A stretch of DNA of 58,126 nt. Source: Dehalococcoidia bacterium. Its GTDB lineage: Bacteria > Chloroflexota > Dehalococcoidia > Lucifugimonadales > GCA-2712585. Each line of letters starts with the position of its first letter. Position 1 is the stretch's first letter. The DNA is taken from the NCBI GenBank assembly GCA_034420855.1, contig DAOUKX010000016.1, forward strand, positions 1-58,126, read 5' to 3'. Under the pieces are notes generated by a model. It made no database searches and had not been told where the DNA came from. It saw only the letters and a list, made by a program, of their open reading frames with translations. Shown here one piece after another: positions 40,894-49,381 of this stretch. A program made the position numbers and the translations under genes.

Positions 40894-42569
40894 CAGACGG
40901 GCTCTTCCATAAGTTGGTCGATGGTGCCGCCGGCGGGAATCATCGGGTAGACGTTCTCCTCCTGGGCAATCCTGAAGTCCACGATGGCCGGGCCGGGATA
41001 GGCCATGGCCTCCTTGATGGCGGGCAGCACCTCGGCCTGGTTTTCCACCCTGGCGCCGTGGATACCGTAGGCGTGGGCCAGCTTCACGAAGTCTGGGTTG
41101 CCCGTGTAGTTGGTGGAAACATAGCTCTTGTCGTAGAAGATGTCCTGCCACTGTCGGACCATGCCAAGGAAACCGTTATTGAACAGGGCGAACTTCACCG
41201 GAATACGGTTTTCCACCAGGGTGGCCAGCTCCGACATTGTCATCTGGAAGCCGCCGTCCCCGGCCACGGACCACACCGTCGCGTCGGGACGGCCCACCTG
41301 TGCGCCGAGGGCCGCTGGGACCTCGAAGCCCATGGCTCCCAGGCCGCCGGAAGTTATCCAGCTATTCTGCTTGGTGAAGGTGTAGTGCTGGGCCGCCCAC
41401 ATCTGGTGCTGACCCACGCCGGTGACAATCAGCGCCTCTCCCTGGGTGGCGTCGGAAAGGGCCTGCAGGATGTACTGGGGCCGCAGTTCCCCGGTGACCT
41501 TGGGCCGCATGAGGGGATGTTCAATCTTCAGTTCTGCGATGCGCTGCACCCATTCCTCGTGGGATTTGGGGTGCACCATGGGAAGAAGCTGCTCCAGCAC
41601 GTGCTTCAGGTCGCCGACCAGGGGTGCCGTGGCCCGCACGTTCTTGTGGATCTCGGAGGGGTCCACCTCCACGTGAATGACCTTGGCCTTGGGCGCGAAG
41701 TAGCGGGTGTCCCCCGTAATCCGGTCGTCGAAGCGCATCCCCAGGCCGATGAGCAGGTCAGCTTCTTCGATTGCCAGGCTGGCGTGAGCCATGCCGTGCA
41801 TTCCCGGCATACCGACGCTGAGGGGGTGGGTCTCCGGGAAGGAGCTTATGCCCAGCAGGGTGGTTATGACGGGAATCTGCGCCTTCTCCGCCAGTTCCAT
41901 CAGCTCGGCGTAGGCCCGGGAGATGATGATGCCGTGGCCCGCCAGAATCAGGGGCTTCTTCGCCTCCTGAACCAGCCGGGCGGCCTTGCGGACCATCTCC
42001 GGATCTGCTCCGGTGGGCGGGTGATAGTTGGGCAGGTCCACCTCATCCGGGTACTCGAACTCGCACCGCTCGACGAACACGTCCTTGGGGATGTCCACCA
42101 GCACCGGCCCCGGCCTGCCCGTGTTGGCCACGTAGAAAGCTTCCTTGATGGTCTCGGCTATCTCTGAGGCGTTCATGACCAGGTAGTTGTGCTTGGTGAT
42201 GGGCAGGGTAATGCCCGTAACGTCCGTCTCCTGGAAGGCGTCCTTGCCGATGGCGTCGCGGGCGACCTGGCCGGTGATGAACACCGTGGGCACCGAGTCC
42301 ATCTGCGCCGTTGCGATGCCGGTGACCAGGTTGGTTGCGCCGGGGCCGGAGGTGCCGAAGGCCACGCCAACCCGCCCCGTGACGCGGGCGTAACCGTCGG
42401 CGGCGTGGGCCGCGCCCTGCTCGTGGCGCATGAGAATGTGCCGTAGCTGGGGATAGTCGGGCAGGTCCTGGTAGAGGGGTAGAATAGCGCCGCCGGGAAT
42501 GCCAAAGATAACCTCTACGCCCTCTCGGATGAGAGATTCGCAAACTATCTGACCGCCGGTGAGCATCAT
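40893..42569 (-). CDS. ilvB: acetolactate synthase large subunit
   Basis: TPP motif '[14 protein letters not shown]...NNGFLGMV'. The ATG at 42569 has AGGAGG 8 nt upstream. The ORF-track extension to 42665 runs through the leader terminator. Confidence 0.9.
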   Translation of the reverse strand: MMLTGGQIVCESLIREGVEVIFGIPGGAILPLYQDLPDYPQLRHILMRHEQGAAHAADGYARVTGRVGVAFGTSGPGATNLVTGIATAQMDSVPTVFITGQVARDAIGKDAFQETDVTGITLPITKHNYLVMNASEIAETIKEAFYVANTGRPGPVLVDIPKDVFVERCEFEYPDEVDLPNYHPPTGADPEMVRKAARLVQEAKKPLILAGHGIIISRAYAELMELAEKAQIPVITTLLGISSFPETHPLSVGMPGMHGMAHASLAIEEADLLIGLGMRFDDRITGDTRYFAPKAKVIHVEVDPSEIHKNVRATAPLVGDLKHVLEQLLPMVHPKSHEEWVQRIAELKIEHPLMRPKVTGELRPQYILQALSDATQGEALIVTGVGQHQMWAAQHYTFTKQNSWITSGGLGAMGFEVPAALGAQVGRPDATVWSVAGDGGFQMTMSELATLVENRIPVKFALFNNGFLGMVRQWQDIFYDKSYVSTNYTGNPDFVKLAHAYGIHGARVENQAEVLPAIKEAMAYPGPAIVDFRIAQEENVYPMIPAGGTIDQLMEEPV

Positions 42570-42611
42570 TTCATGGTCCTCCTGGTTCTGCCGAACCACA
42601 GTAGTACCTTG

Positions 42612-42857
42612 CCAAAAAAATAGTCCGCCCCCTGTGGAAGGGGCGGACGGGATCCGCGGTACCACCCTTCTTGCCCAAGGACAACCTTGGACCGCTCATG
42701 TGCTATAACGGGCATCCCGTCCGGCCTTACTACTACTTCAGGCCGGCCGCTCCAGGGTGATGTAGCGGCTCTCCGTGCATGGGGCTTCCACCTTGCCCCC
42801 ACTCTCTATGGCGGTGGAAACCGCATTGTCCCCTTCACAGCGTTATTTTGTATTTTC
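42612..42857 (-). promoter_or_regulatory. T-box riboswitch leader of ilvBNC
   Basis: The minus strand contains the conserved T-box sequence AAGGGTGGTACCGCGG (plus coordinates 42654-42669), followed directly by a terminator hairpin. AGAGAG and GGTGGAA elements lie upstream. The leader is about 290 nt. Confidence 0.8.
42614..42648 (-). terminator. intrinsic terminator (attenuator) of the T-box leader
   Basis: Minus strand reads GTCCGCCCC-(8 nt)-GGGGCGGAC, then TA and seven T. Confidence 0.85.
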
Positions 42858-42864
42858 GGCGGTA

Positions 42865-42894
42865 ATTTTAGAGGATTTCGTAGCATCCGGTCAA
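42865..42894 (-). promoter_or_regulatory. sigma70-like promoter candidate for the ilv leader
   Basis: Minus strand reads TTGACC, 18-nt spacer, TAAAAT. Confidence 0.45.
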
Positions 42895-43011
42895 CAGCAA
42901 AGAAAGCCTGCTTCAACCGAAAGTAGACATAACGCAACGGAGTTGCTCCCGCGGAGCGACGTCAAATCCATTGACAATCAATCATATTTCGTGAATACTT
43001 ACATATGAGCT

Positions 43012-43291
43012 ATGTTCAATCCATTAGCTGCATCGGAGATTAGTCGCGGTCGATGAGCTGGATAAACAGTTCAGGTTCTACCTAAAAAATCAGGATGCGT
43101 TCGTAGAGGAGTACGACGGGAAAGTGATTGTGTTAAAGATCGAGAAAGTTCTTGGCGCCTACGAAAGTGAATTAGATGCTGTAAACGAGACTCGCAGGCG
43201 GCACGAACTCGGAACATTCCTCGTTCAGCGTGTCAGTCCGGGCGATGAGGCGTACACCGTCACATTTCATTCGAGGGTAATCTCGCCATAG
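43012..43291 (+). pseudogene. possible frameshifted small gene (DUF5678-like by eye)
   Basis: The open frame from 43028 to 43291 encodes '...VAVDELDKQFRFYLKNQDAFVEEYDGKVIVLKIEKVLGAYESELDAVNETRRRHELGTFLVQRV...' but has no start before the GTG at 43124. An ATG at 43012 is in the +1-shifted frame and stops at about 43054. Confidence 0.3.
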
Positions 43292-43354
43292 CTTCATTGC
43301 ACCACAATGGAGACTATATTGGAGTCGAGAATATGACGGCAGAGAGGGGTCTAA

Positions 43355-43606
43355 ATGACTTTGGGCGATTACGCCAAGTTACTGCGAAGGATGCACCAAA
43401 GAGCACCAGATGGAGAAAAGACTATTGCGGTAAAGCTCTTTGGCATCAAATATGGCCCTGCAATTAGGCAGCTAGGTAGATACATCCCAGAGGTAGTTCG
43501 GCGTGCCGGAATAGGGTGGGTTGAGCCGGAAATTAGCGGAGGCGCAAATCTTGCACCGTTCGTAGAACTAAAGGAATCAGCATCCAAGTATTTCGCAGAC
43601 GAATAG
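43355..43606 (+). CDS. hypothetical 83-aa protein
   Basis: GAGAGGGG lies upstream of the ATG. No family recognised with confidence. Confidence 0.5.
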   Translation: MTLGDYAKLLRRMHQRAPDGEKTIAVKLFGIKYGPAIRQLGRYIPEVVRRAGIGWVEPEISGGANLAPFVELKESASKYFADE

Positions 43607-43734
43607 TCTTACGAAGGCAACAAGGCTACCGTATCCGCAGGCATTCTAAGGATAGCCCAAGGTCGGCATAACTCAAGGCCTCGAATTCCCTTACCCTACC
43701 CACCACGGGCTGACCCTGCTAACCTTGCCACGCC

Positions 43735-44499
43735 GTGATGGAATTCCCCCTCACCCAGCTTGGTCTGCCGGAGATGATGCTGCTTCACCTGATTGTGGCC
43801 GCCGTCAGCGCCGCAGTGGGTATCGTCGCCTTCGGCTTCGCCATGGCAGTTACCCCCTTCTTCCTGATCTTCCTGGACGCCGATCTCGTTATCGAGATGA
43901 ACATCGTGCTCACCTCCGTTCTCTTCGCGACCGTGATACCCCAGGTGCGGCGGCATCTGATACCGGGCACGTTTTTCGCTATGCTGCTGGGCGGCGCCTT
44001 GGGCATCTACCCCGGACTGCTCGTTCTCCAGTCCCTCCCCAAGGAGGCGCTGAGCGTGATACTGACCTCTGTGGTTATCGTCACTGCCCTGCTCGCCGCC
44101 TTCAATAGATTCCCCCACTTCCGCCGTGAAAAAACAGCCGGCGGCGTGGTGGGCTTCGCCTTCACATTCATCAACGCAAGCCTTGCCCTGGGAGGGCCCA
44201 TTCTGGCCCTCTTTGCCCTGAACCAACGATGGCTCCGCGACCAGACGCGGGCCATGCTCTCCGCCTTCTTCCTGGCGACGGGCTTGGCCATCATCGCCGC
44301 CCACGTAGCCAGCGGCAGGCTTGGTCAGGAGGAGTTCGTCAGCGCCGCGATCTTCGTTCCCGCCCTTCTCCTGGGCAGCTTCATCGCCTCCAGGCTGGCC
44401 GGGCACGTAAACGAGGCGCTATTCCGAAAGCTGGTGGTCGTCGTACTGCTGGCGACCAGCTTCGGCATCCTCGGACGGGAGATTGCTGCCGCCCTCTAA
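43735..44499 (+). CDS. TauE/SafE-family anion exporter membrane protein
   Basis: About 250 aa, 7-8 TM. Gly-rich helices typical of the family. Confidence 0.7.
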   Translation: MMEFPLTQLGLPEMMLLHLIVAAVSAAVGIVAFGFAMAVTPFFLIFLDADLVIEMNIVLTSVLFATVIPQVRRHLIPGTFFAMLLGGALGIYPGLLVLQSLPKEALSVILTSVVIVTALLAAFNRFPHFRREKTAGGVVGFAFTFINASLALGGPILALFALNQRWLRDQTRAMLSAFFLATGLAIIAAHVASGRLGQEEFVSAAIFVPALLLGSFIASRLAGHVNEALFRKLVVVVLLATSFGILGREIAAAL

Positions 44500-45341
44500 A
44501 GCACCTTGCGGGCGATATCCTCGAGCTGCGCCATCATCTCCGACTCGCTCTTCGTCGGATGGGTGCGAATTATTACTCGGTACGCCCCTGCGTCGAAATA
44601 TGCCTTCAGAAGCTCCCGGTCGTCGGGCTGGCCGTGAACGGAGATTGTCAACGACGCCGGGTCGCGTCCGGCGGCCTCGGCCCGGCGGTCCAGTTCCGCA
44701 CGCTTCTCACGCAGGTCCTCCGGCGAAATCCGGTTGGGCAGCCAGCCGTCGGCGTACCGCACGATGCGCTTCAGTACGTTGGGCGCCATGCCTCCCAGCA
44801 GTACCGGCGGGTGGGGCTTCTGCAGCGGCTTTGGGTAGGACTTTACCGCGGGGAAGTTGTAGTAGCGCCCCTCGTGGGACGCTGCTTCCTGCGTCCACAG
44901 CTTCTTCATCACCGCCACGGCCTCCGCTGCTTGCGTCCAGCGGTGGTCGAAGTCGCCGCCCATTATCTCCGTCTCCTCCCGCAGCCAGCCCGTACCGATG
45001 CCGAACAGGAAGCGGCCGCCGCTGAACAGGTCCAGGGTGGAGACCTCCTTGGCGAGCAGCAACGGATTGCGTTCTGGCACCAGCGTTATTCCCGTACCCA
45101 GCATGATCCGCTCCGTTACGCCCGACGCGCGCGCCAGCGCCACAAAGGGGTCGACGAAGTGCGAATAACTTTCCGGTATCACCCCGTCGTCAGATCCGGG
45201 GAAGCGGCTGTCGCTGTGCACCGGCACAATGGGGTGCTCGGCGCACCACAAGGACTCGAATCCCAACTCTTCAGCCCTAGCCGCTATGGGAGCCACGTCC
45301 ACGTAGTAGGCGGGCAGGGGCACCGTTATGCCGATTTTCAT
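44496..45341 (-). CDS. LLM-class (luciferase-like) oxidoreductase, probably F420-dependent
   Basis: 'MKIGITVP...ARAEELGFESLWCAEHPIVP' and 'RFLFGIGTGW'. Confidence 0.75.
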   Translation of the reverse strand: MKIGITVPLPAYYVDVAPIAARAEELGFESLWCAEHPIVPVHSDSRFPGSDDGVIPESYSHFVDPFVALARASGVTERIMLGTGITLVPERNPLLLAKEVSTLDLFSGGRFLFGIGTGWLREETEIMGGDFDHRWTQAAEAVAVMKKLWTQEAASHEGRYYNFPAVKSYPKPLQKPHPPVLLGGMAPNVLKRIVRYADGWLPNRISPEDLREKRAELDRRAEAAGRDPASLTISVHGQPDDRELLKAYFDAGAYRVIIRTHPTKSESEMMAQLEDIARKVL

Positions 45342-45431
45342 TTCCTTTTCACCTTATCAAGAGTATGTCTTGGGAACGCCGTCGACGCCCGGAAACGTAC
45401 GTCGTCAGCAGCTTAATTCAGTCAGGCGCAC

Positions 45432-47759
45432 CTACATCGGAGTCCGCAGGACCTGGCACGACTCCGCCGATTCCGCAATCTGCGCCCAACCGTACAGCAT
45501 CGGAACGTATCCCACCTCCGACCATAGCAGTGCCTGGTCCGAGTAGTGGGCGCTCCCGGGGTGCCCGGACGAGCCCAGAGGGACAATCCAGCGAGAGTTA
45601 GTCCAGTCGGAAAGGTCGTAGATGTACCTGAGCACCGATGTGGACGAAATTGTATAGGGCTGGGCCGGTGAGTAGCTGGCCGCCTGGGGAGTGTCGCCGT
45701 CGCCGCCGGACGCCACGCCCGGCGGGTCGAGAAGGTATGCCGCATCGGGAAAGACCTCCGACAGCGGGTGCTTTGGCGCGGTGTGATGCACCCGGCCCCA
45801 CTGCCACTTGGCCGGTTCAGGCCCCAGACGCTCCGAAAGCTCCTCCACGGCGGCGGTCAGAGACTCCTCCAGCAGCCCCTCCCATCCTCGGGGGCCCGGT
45901 GGCAGCATCGACAGGTCTTCCAGGTCCATGAGGTGAACGAAGTGCGCCCTCAGCCGGGCGGCGTGGGACGGCCCACCCCGGCTCGTCTCGGTCAGCGCCT
46001 CCTCTGCCAGAGGTCCGAGGAGATGCCGCAGAATCTTCTCGTCCATGTGCAATCGCAGGGAGCTGAATATCGTCGCAGCGGCGCTGTCCGGGTCCATCGC
46101 TCCGTCCCATTCTCGCAGCAGTGCCAACGCCTGCTGGGTGAGAGCGTCGCCGGACTTCAACGTCGCGAGCTTAGGTAGATAGTGACGGGCGGGAATCGAC
46201 GTCCTTTCGGCGTGCACCCCTTCCATGTCGTCCACCGTCGCTCCGTCCAATTCTCCCAGACGGATGGAAATCCGCTTGGCGCGAAACTCCGGCGAGTGAT
46301 CCAGGGCTATGTAGTAGGGATAGTCTCTTCCGACCACTCGCTGGTTGGCGGTGACGATGTAGTTGGTCTCCGGGTTATGACTCCGGGGCATCTCCTCGAA
46401 GGGAATGTACCCCTCCCACTCGTGCTGCCCCGTCCAGCCCGGCACGGGCAGCCAGCCGTTGGCTCGGGCGCGAATGGGCACGCGGCCTCGCGTCAGGTAG
46501 CCGATGTTCCCTTCCACATCGGCGAAGAGGAAGTTGTTGACCGGGTCCACCCAGTCCTTCATTGATGCGTCTATCTCTGCGGCGGAACGGGCGCGCATCA
46601 TCTCCAGCAGCGCCTCCGCCGTCCGGTTGGGTCCCGCCGTCTGTGTATAGCGGAAGGCGATTCCCACCCCCTGCTCCGGCCCGCCGGATATCACCGGTCC
46701 GTGATGAGTCACCGTAATCGAAATGTCTTCGGAAGCGCCTCCCCTCACCTTGATAGTCTCCCAGAAGCTCTCGGCCCGACGCTTTTGGCCCTTGAACTCG
46801 TAGTAGGCGGGATTGTCACTGTCGAACCGTTCCACAAACAGGTCCTGATAGTCGGCGCCTGTGTGGGTCACCCCCCAGGACACCCACTGGTTGTGGCCGA
46901 AGTGGGGGAACCCGGGCAGTCCCGGAAAGGATACGCCCACCACGTCGAAGTCCGGGCAGGCTATGTGGTTCTGATAGTAGACGTTGGGAGTGTCCAGTCC
47001 CCGGTGGGGGTCTCCCGCCAGCAGCGGCTTGCCCGACTCCGTAAGCTGGCCGGAAAGGGACCAGTTGTTGCTTCCAGACTCCAGCTCCTTCAGCCTGTCC
47101 GCCAGCGCCGCGCCCCGCTCCAACTCCTCCAGTGCCCCCGTCGCCTCGCCAAGGAATTCAGCGCCGGGAGGCAGAATCAGCAGATGTCCAGGCTGATACC
47201 CGGGATGCAGTCGAGCCGTCCGGCGGGCGCCGATGCGGCCCAGCAGCTTGTGCCGCCAGGCCTTGCCTTCGAAGGTGCCCATGAGCACGTGCCGCACCTT
47301 GAACACCGCCAGGCCGTCCCACGGCTGCCACGCTTCGGGGGCGGTCTCCAGCAGTTGGTACTCCACCGGCAGGCGGTCCGACGTCTGCATGAAGGCGTTG
47401 ACACCGTCGGCGTAGGCGTCCAGCATGGCGCGGGCTTCCGCGTTTACGAAAGCGTAGTCGGCCCGTGCGCTTGCTTCCAGCCGCAGACGGCGCATGAGCC
47501 GGTCCTGCTCCAACCCGCTCTGACCGGCAAACTCCGCCCACCGCCCGTAGGCCCGGTGGCGGTCGTAGTCCATGTGCCACAGCCTGTCCTGGGCTGTGAA
47601 GAATCCCTGGGCGAAGAAGGTGTCCTGCATCGTCGTGGCCTGGGCGTGGGGGATGCCGTAGGCGTCCCGGTAAATTCGCACCGGGGCATTCAGCCCCGCC
47701 ACCTTCACGGGATTGATGGTTTCCGGCACCGCCTTCTCAAGGTCGGATCTGTTTATCAT
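45432..47759 (-). CDS. penicillin acylase family (Ntn-hydrolase, S45) protein
   Basis: 775 aa. Autoprocessing site 'ESGSNNWSLSG'. No obvious signal peptide. Confidence 0.85.
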   Translation of the reverse strand: MINRSDLEKAVPETINPVKVAGLNAPVRIYRDAYGIPHAQATTMQDTFFAQGFFTAQDRLWHMDYDRHRAYGRWAEFAGQSGLEQDRLMRRLRLEASARADYAFVNAEARAMLDAYADGVNAFMQTSDRLPVEYQLLETAPEAWQPWDGLAVFKVRHVLMGTFEGKAWRHKLLGRIGARRTARLHPGYQPGHLLILPPGAEFLGEATGALEELERGAALADRLKELESGSNNWSLSGQLTESGKPLLAGDPHRGLDTPNVYYQNHIACPDFDVVGVSFPGLPGFPHFGHNQWVSWGVTHTGADYQDLFVERFDSDNPAYYEFKGQKRRAESFWETIKVRGGASEDISITVTHHGPVISGGPEQGVGIAFRYTQTAGPNRTAEALLEMMRARSAAEIDASMKDWVDPVNNFLFADVEGNIGYLTRGRVPIRARANGWLPVPGWTGQHEWEGYIPFEEMPRSHNPETNYIVTANQRVVGRDYPYYIALDHSPEFRAKRISIRLGELDGATVDDMEGVHAERTSIPARHYLPKLATLKSGDALTQQALALLREWDGAMDPDSAAATIFSSLRLHMDEKILRHLLGPLAEEALTETSRGGPSHAARLRAHFVHLMDLEDLSMLPPGPRGWEGLLEESLTAAVEELSERLGPEPAKWQWGRVHHTAPKHPLSEVFPDAAYLLDPPGVASGGDGDTPQAASYSPAQPYTISSTSVLRYIYDLSDWTNSRWIVPLGSSGHPGSAHYSDQALLWSEVGYVPMLYGWAQIAESAESCQVLRTPM

Positions 47760-47878
47760 CCTCTAACTCCCATCATCTTTATCCCGACTACTCTACCTTG
47801 ACCACGCAGAAGCGGCAACCTGAACGGATGCCCAAACCCCCATTGGTGGACATCTGCTCACACTGATATGATTGTTCC

Positions 47879-48658
47879 ATGATTGGAAACATCAAGGCCG
47901 TAACCTTCGACCTGTGGCAAACCCTCATTGTCGAGGACCACGAAATCAACAAGCGTCGGGCGCAGCTTCGCATCGACCGCGTCGCCGACGCCCTCCGTGC
48001 GGCGGGCCGTCCTTTCCCCGAGGAAGAGCTGTGGCGGGCCTTCCGCGAGTGTATCGCCGAGTGCGCTCACTATCGTACCCAGGGACTAGAGGCGAGCTTC
48101 GACGGGCAAATTCGCATTTTCCTTGACAGGCTCAAGCCCAGACTGACAGACTGGCTGTCCTGTGACCATAGGAGGGCTGTCCGGGACGCTTACGACCTAG
48201 CCTTCCTCGACGCCGCCCTTCCCGCCGACCCCGCCGCCGCGCCGGTGCTGGAAGCGTTGAAGGAGCGGGGCTGCTCCCTGGGCCTCATCTCCAATACCGC
48301 CATGACCAGCGGCGCAACCTTCCGGGTCCACCTCACGCGGCTGGGCCTGCTGCATTTCTTCGACACGTTGGTCTTCTCCGACGAAATAGGCTATGCCAAG
48401 CCTTCCGGCAAAGCCTTCCGGCAGGCCCTAGACGCCTTGGGCACATCGGCGGAAGAAACAGTCCACGTGGGCGACGATCGGGCCGCCGACGTGGGTGGCG
48501 CTCTGAAGGCAGGACTGCGCGCTATCTGGGTTGCCCGTCCCCCGGACTCCTACGATGAGCCCTATGCCTACCAGACCCCCACCGACGACGAGCCCCACGC
48601 CACTGTCACCAGCCTGAACGAAGTAATCCCCGCCCTGAAACAACTGGGCAAAGAATAA
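47879..48658 (+). CDS. HAD-superfamily hydrolase
   Basis: Motif I-like 'AVTFDLWQTLI', motif II 'LISNT', motif IV 'HVGDDRAADVGGA'. Confidence 0.75.
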   Translation: MIGNIKAVTFDLWQTLIVEDHEINKRRAQLRIDRVADALRAAGRPFPEEELWRAFRECIAECAHYRTQGLEASFDGQIRIFLDRLKPRLTDWLSCDHRRAVRDAYDLAFLDAALPADPAAAPVLEALKERGCSLGLISNTAMTSGATFRVHLTRLGLLHFFDTLVFSDEIGYAKPSGKAFRQALDALGTSAEETVHVGDDRAADVGGALKAGLRAIWVARPPDSYDEPYAYQTPTDDEPHATVTSLNEVIPALKQLGKE

Positions 48659-48713
48659 TCTCTCCCGTTCTGGGAGAGGAGTGAGGTGAGGGTCAGTCCC
48701 CCTCCCCCTTCTT

Positions 48714-49295
48714 CTATGCCGGTGTACGACGCCGACGCCTACGCTGGGGCTTGCTGCCGCCTTTCTCCTCCCGGCTGTTCGACCACAGGTCGTCGAAGAA
48801 GTCCCGGTCGAGAACGTGCAACACGTCCGCCGTCTGCGTCAGCTCGTAGGAGAGGTTGCTGGGGAAGGCCACCACCTCCACGTGCTTGCCCAGGTTCTTC
48901 ACCGCCTGCATGGCGTAGGCAAAGTCCGCGTCCCCGCTCACCAGCACCGCCACGTCGTACAGGTCGCGGTAGGCAAACTGGAGCACGTCCGTGGCCATCA
49001 TAATGTCCACCCCCTTCTCAATCAGCACGTCGCCCCGGTACTTGGAAATACCCAGGCAGACCTCCATATAGGGGGTGTTGTAGAGGGTGGCGAGGAACTT
49101 CTGCTGCTCCTGGTAGGCCGCGCCTTGCCGGTCCGGGTCCTGCAGGATGTTGTAGTAGTACGCCCTGAAGAGTTGCCTCTCGCCGCACATCTTCTTCACG
49201 AAGGAGCCGAAGTCCAGGTCAATGCGACCGCAGTTCTCCTCCAGGGCGTGATATAGATTGCTTCCATCAATGAAAGCGGCTAACCGCTCACTCAA
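48714..49295 (-). CDS. NYN-domain (LabA-like) protein with Arg-rich C-terminal tail
   Basis: 'AAFIDGSNLYHAL' and 'AVLVSGDADFAYAMQ'. Tail is 'KPQRRRRRRTPA'. TTG start. Confidence 0.8.
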   Translation of the reverse strand: MSERLAAFIDGSNLYHALEENCGRIDLDFGSFVKKMCGERQLFRAYYYNILQDPDRQGAAYQEQQKFLATLYNTPYMEVCLGISKYRGDVLIEKGVDIMMATDVLQFAYRDLYDVAVLVSGDADFAYAMQAVKNLGKHVEVVAFPSNLSYELTQTADVLHVLDRDFFDDLWSNSREEKGGSKPQRRRRRRTPA

Positions 49296-49332
49296 TAATC
49301 AAATACCCTTCTTTTCTGAATTGTTGGGTTGA

Positions 49333-49369
49333 CCCCTAGTCAAGCCGGGCAATAAGCCCGCGGCCTATC
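49333..49369. repeat. direct repeat copy A: displaced copy of the ADH gene 3' end
   Basis: 31 of 37 nt are identical to 51804-51840. On the minus strand it reads IGRGLIARLD-stop, against the ADH C-terminus IGRGLITQFD-stop. Confidence 0.75.
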
Positions 49370-49381
49370 CCGATACTTCCC

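Noticed and set aside
42570-42665. N-terminal extensions of ilvB (to 42665) and ilvN (40894-41151).
   Set aside because: The ilvB extension would translate through the T-box core and its terminator. The ilvN extension overlaps the ilvB 3' end. Both shorter starts have better RBS or coupling signals and match family N-termini.
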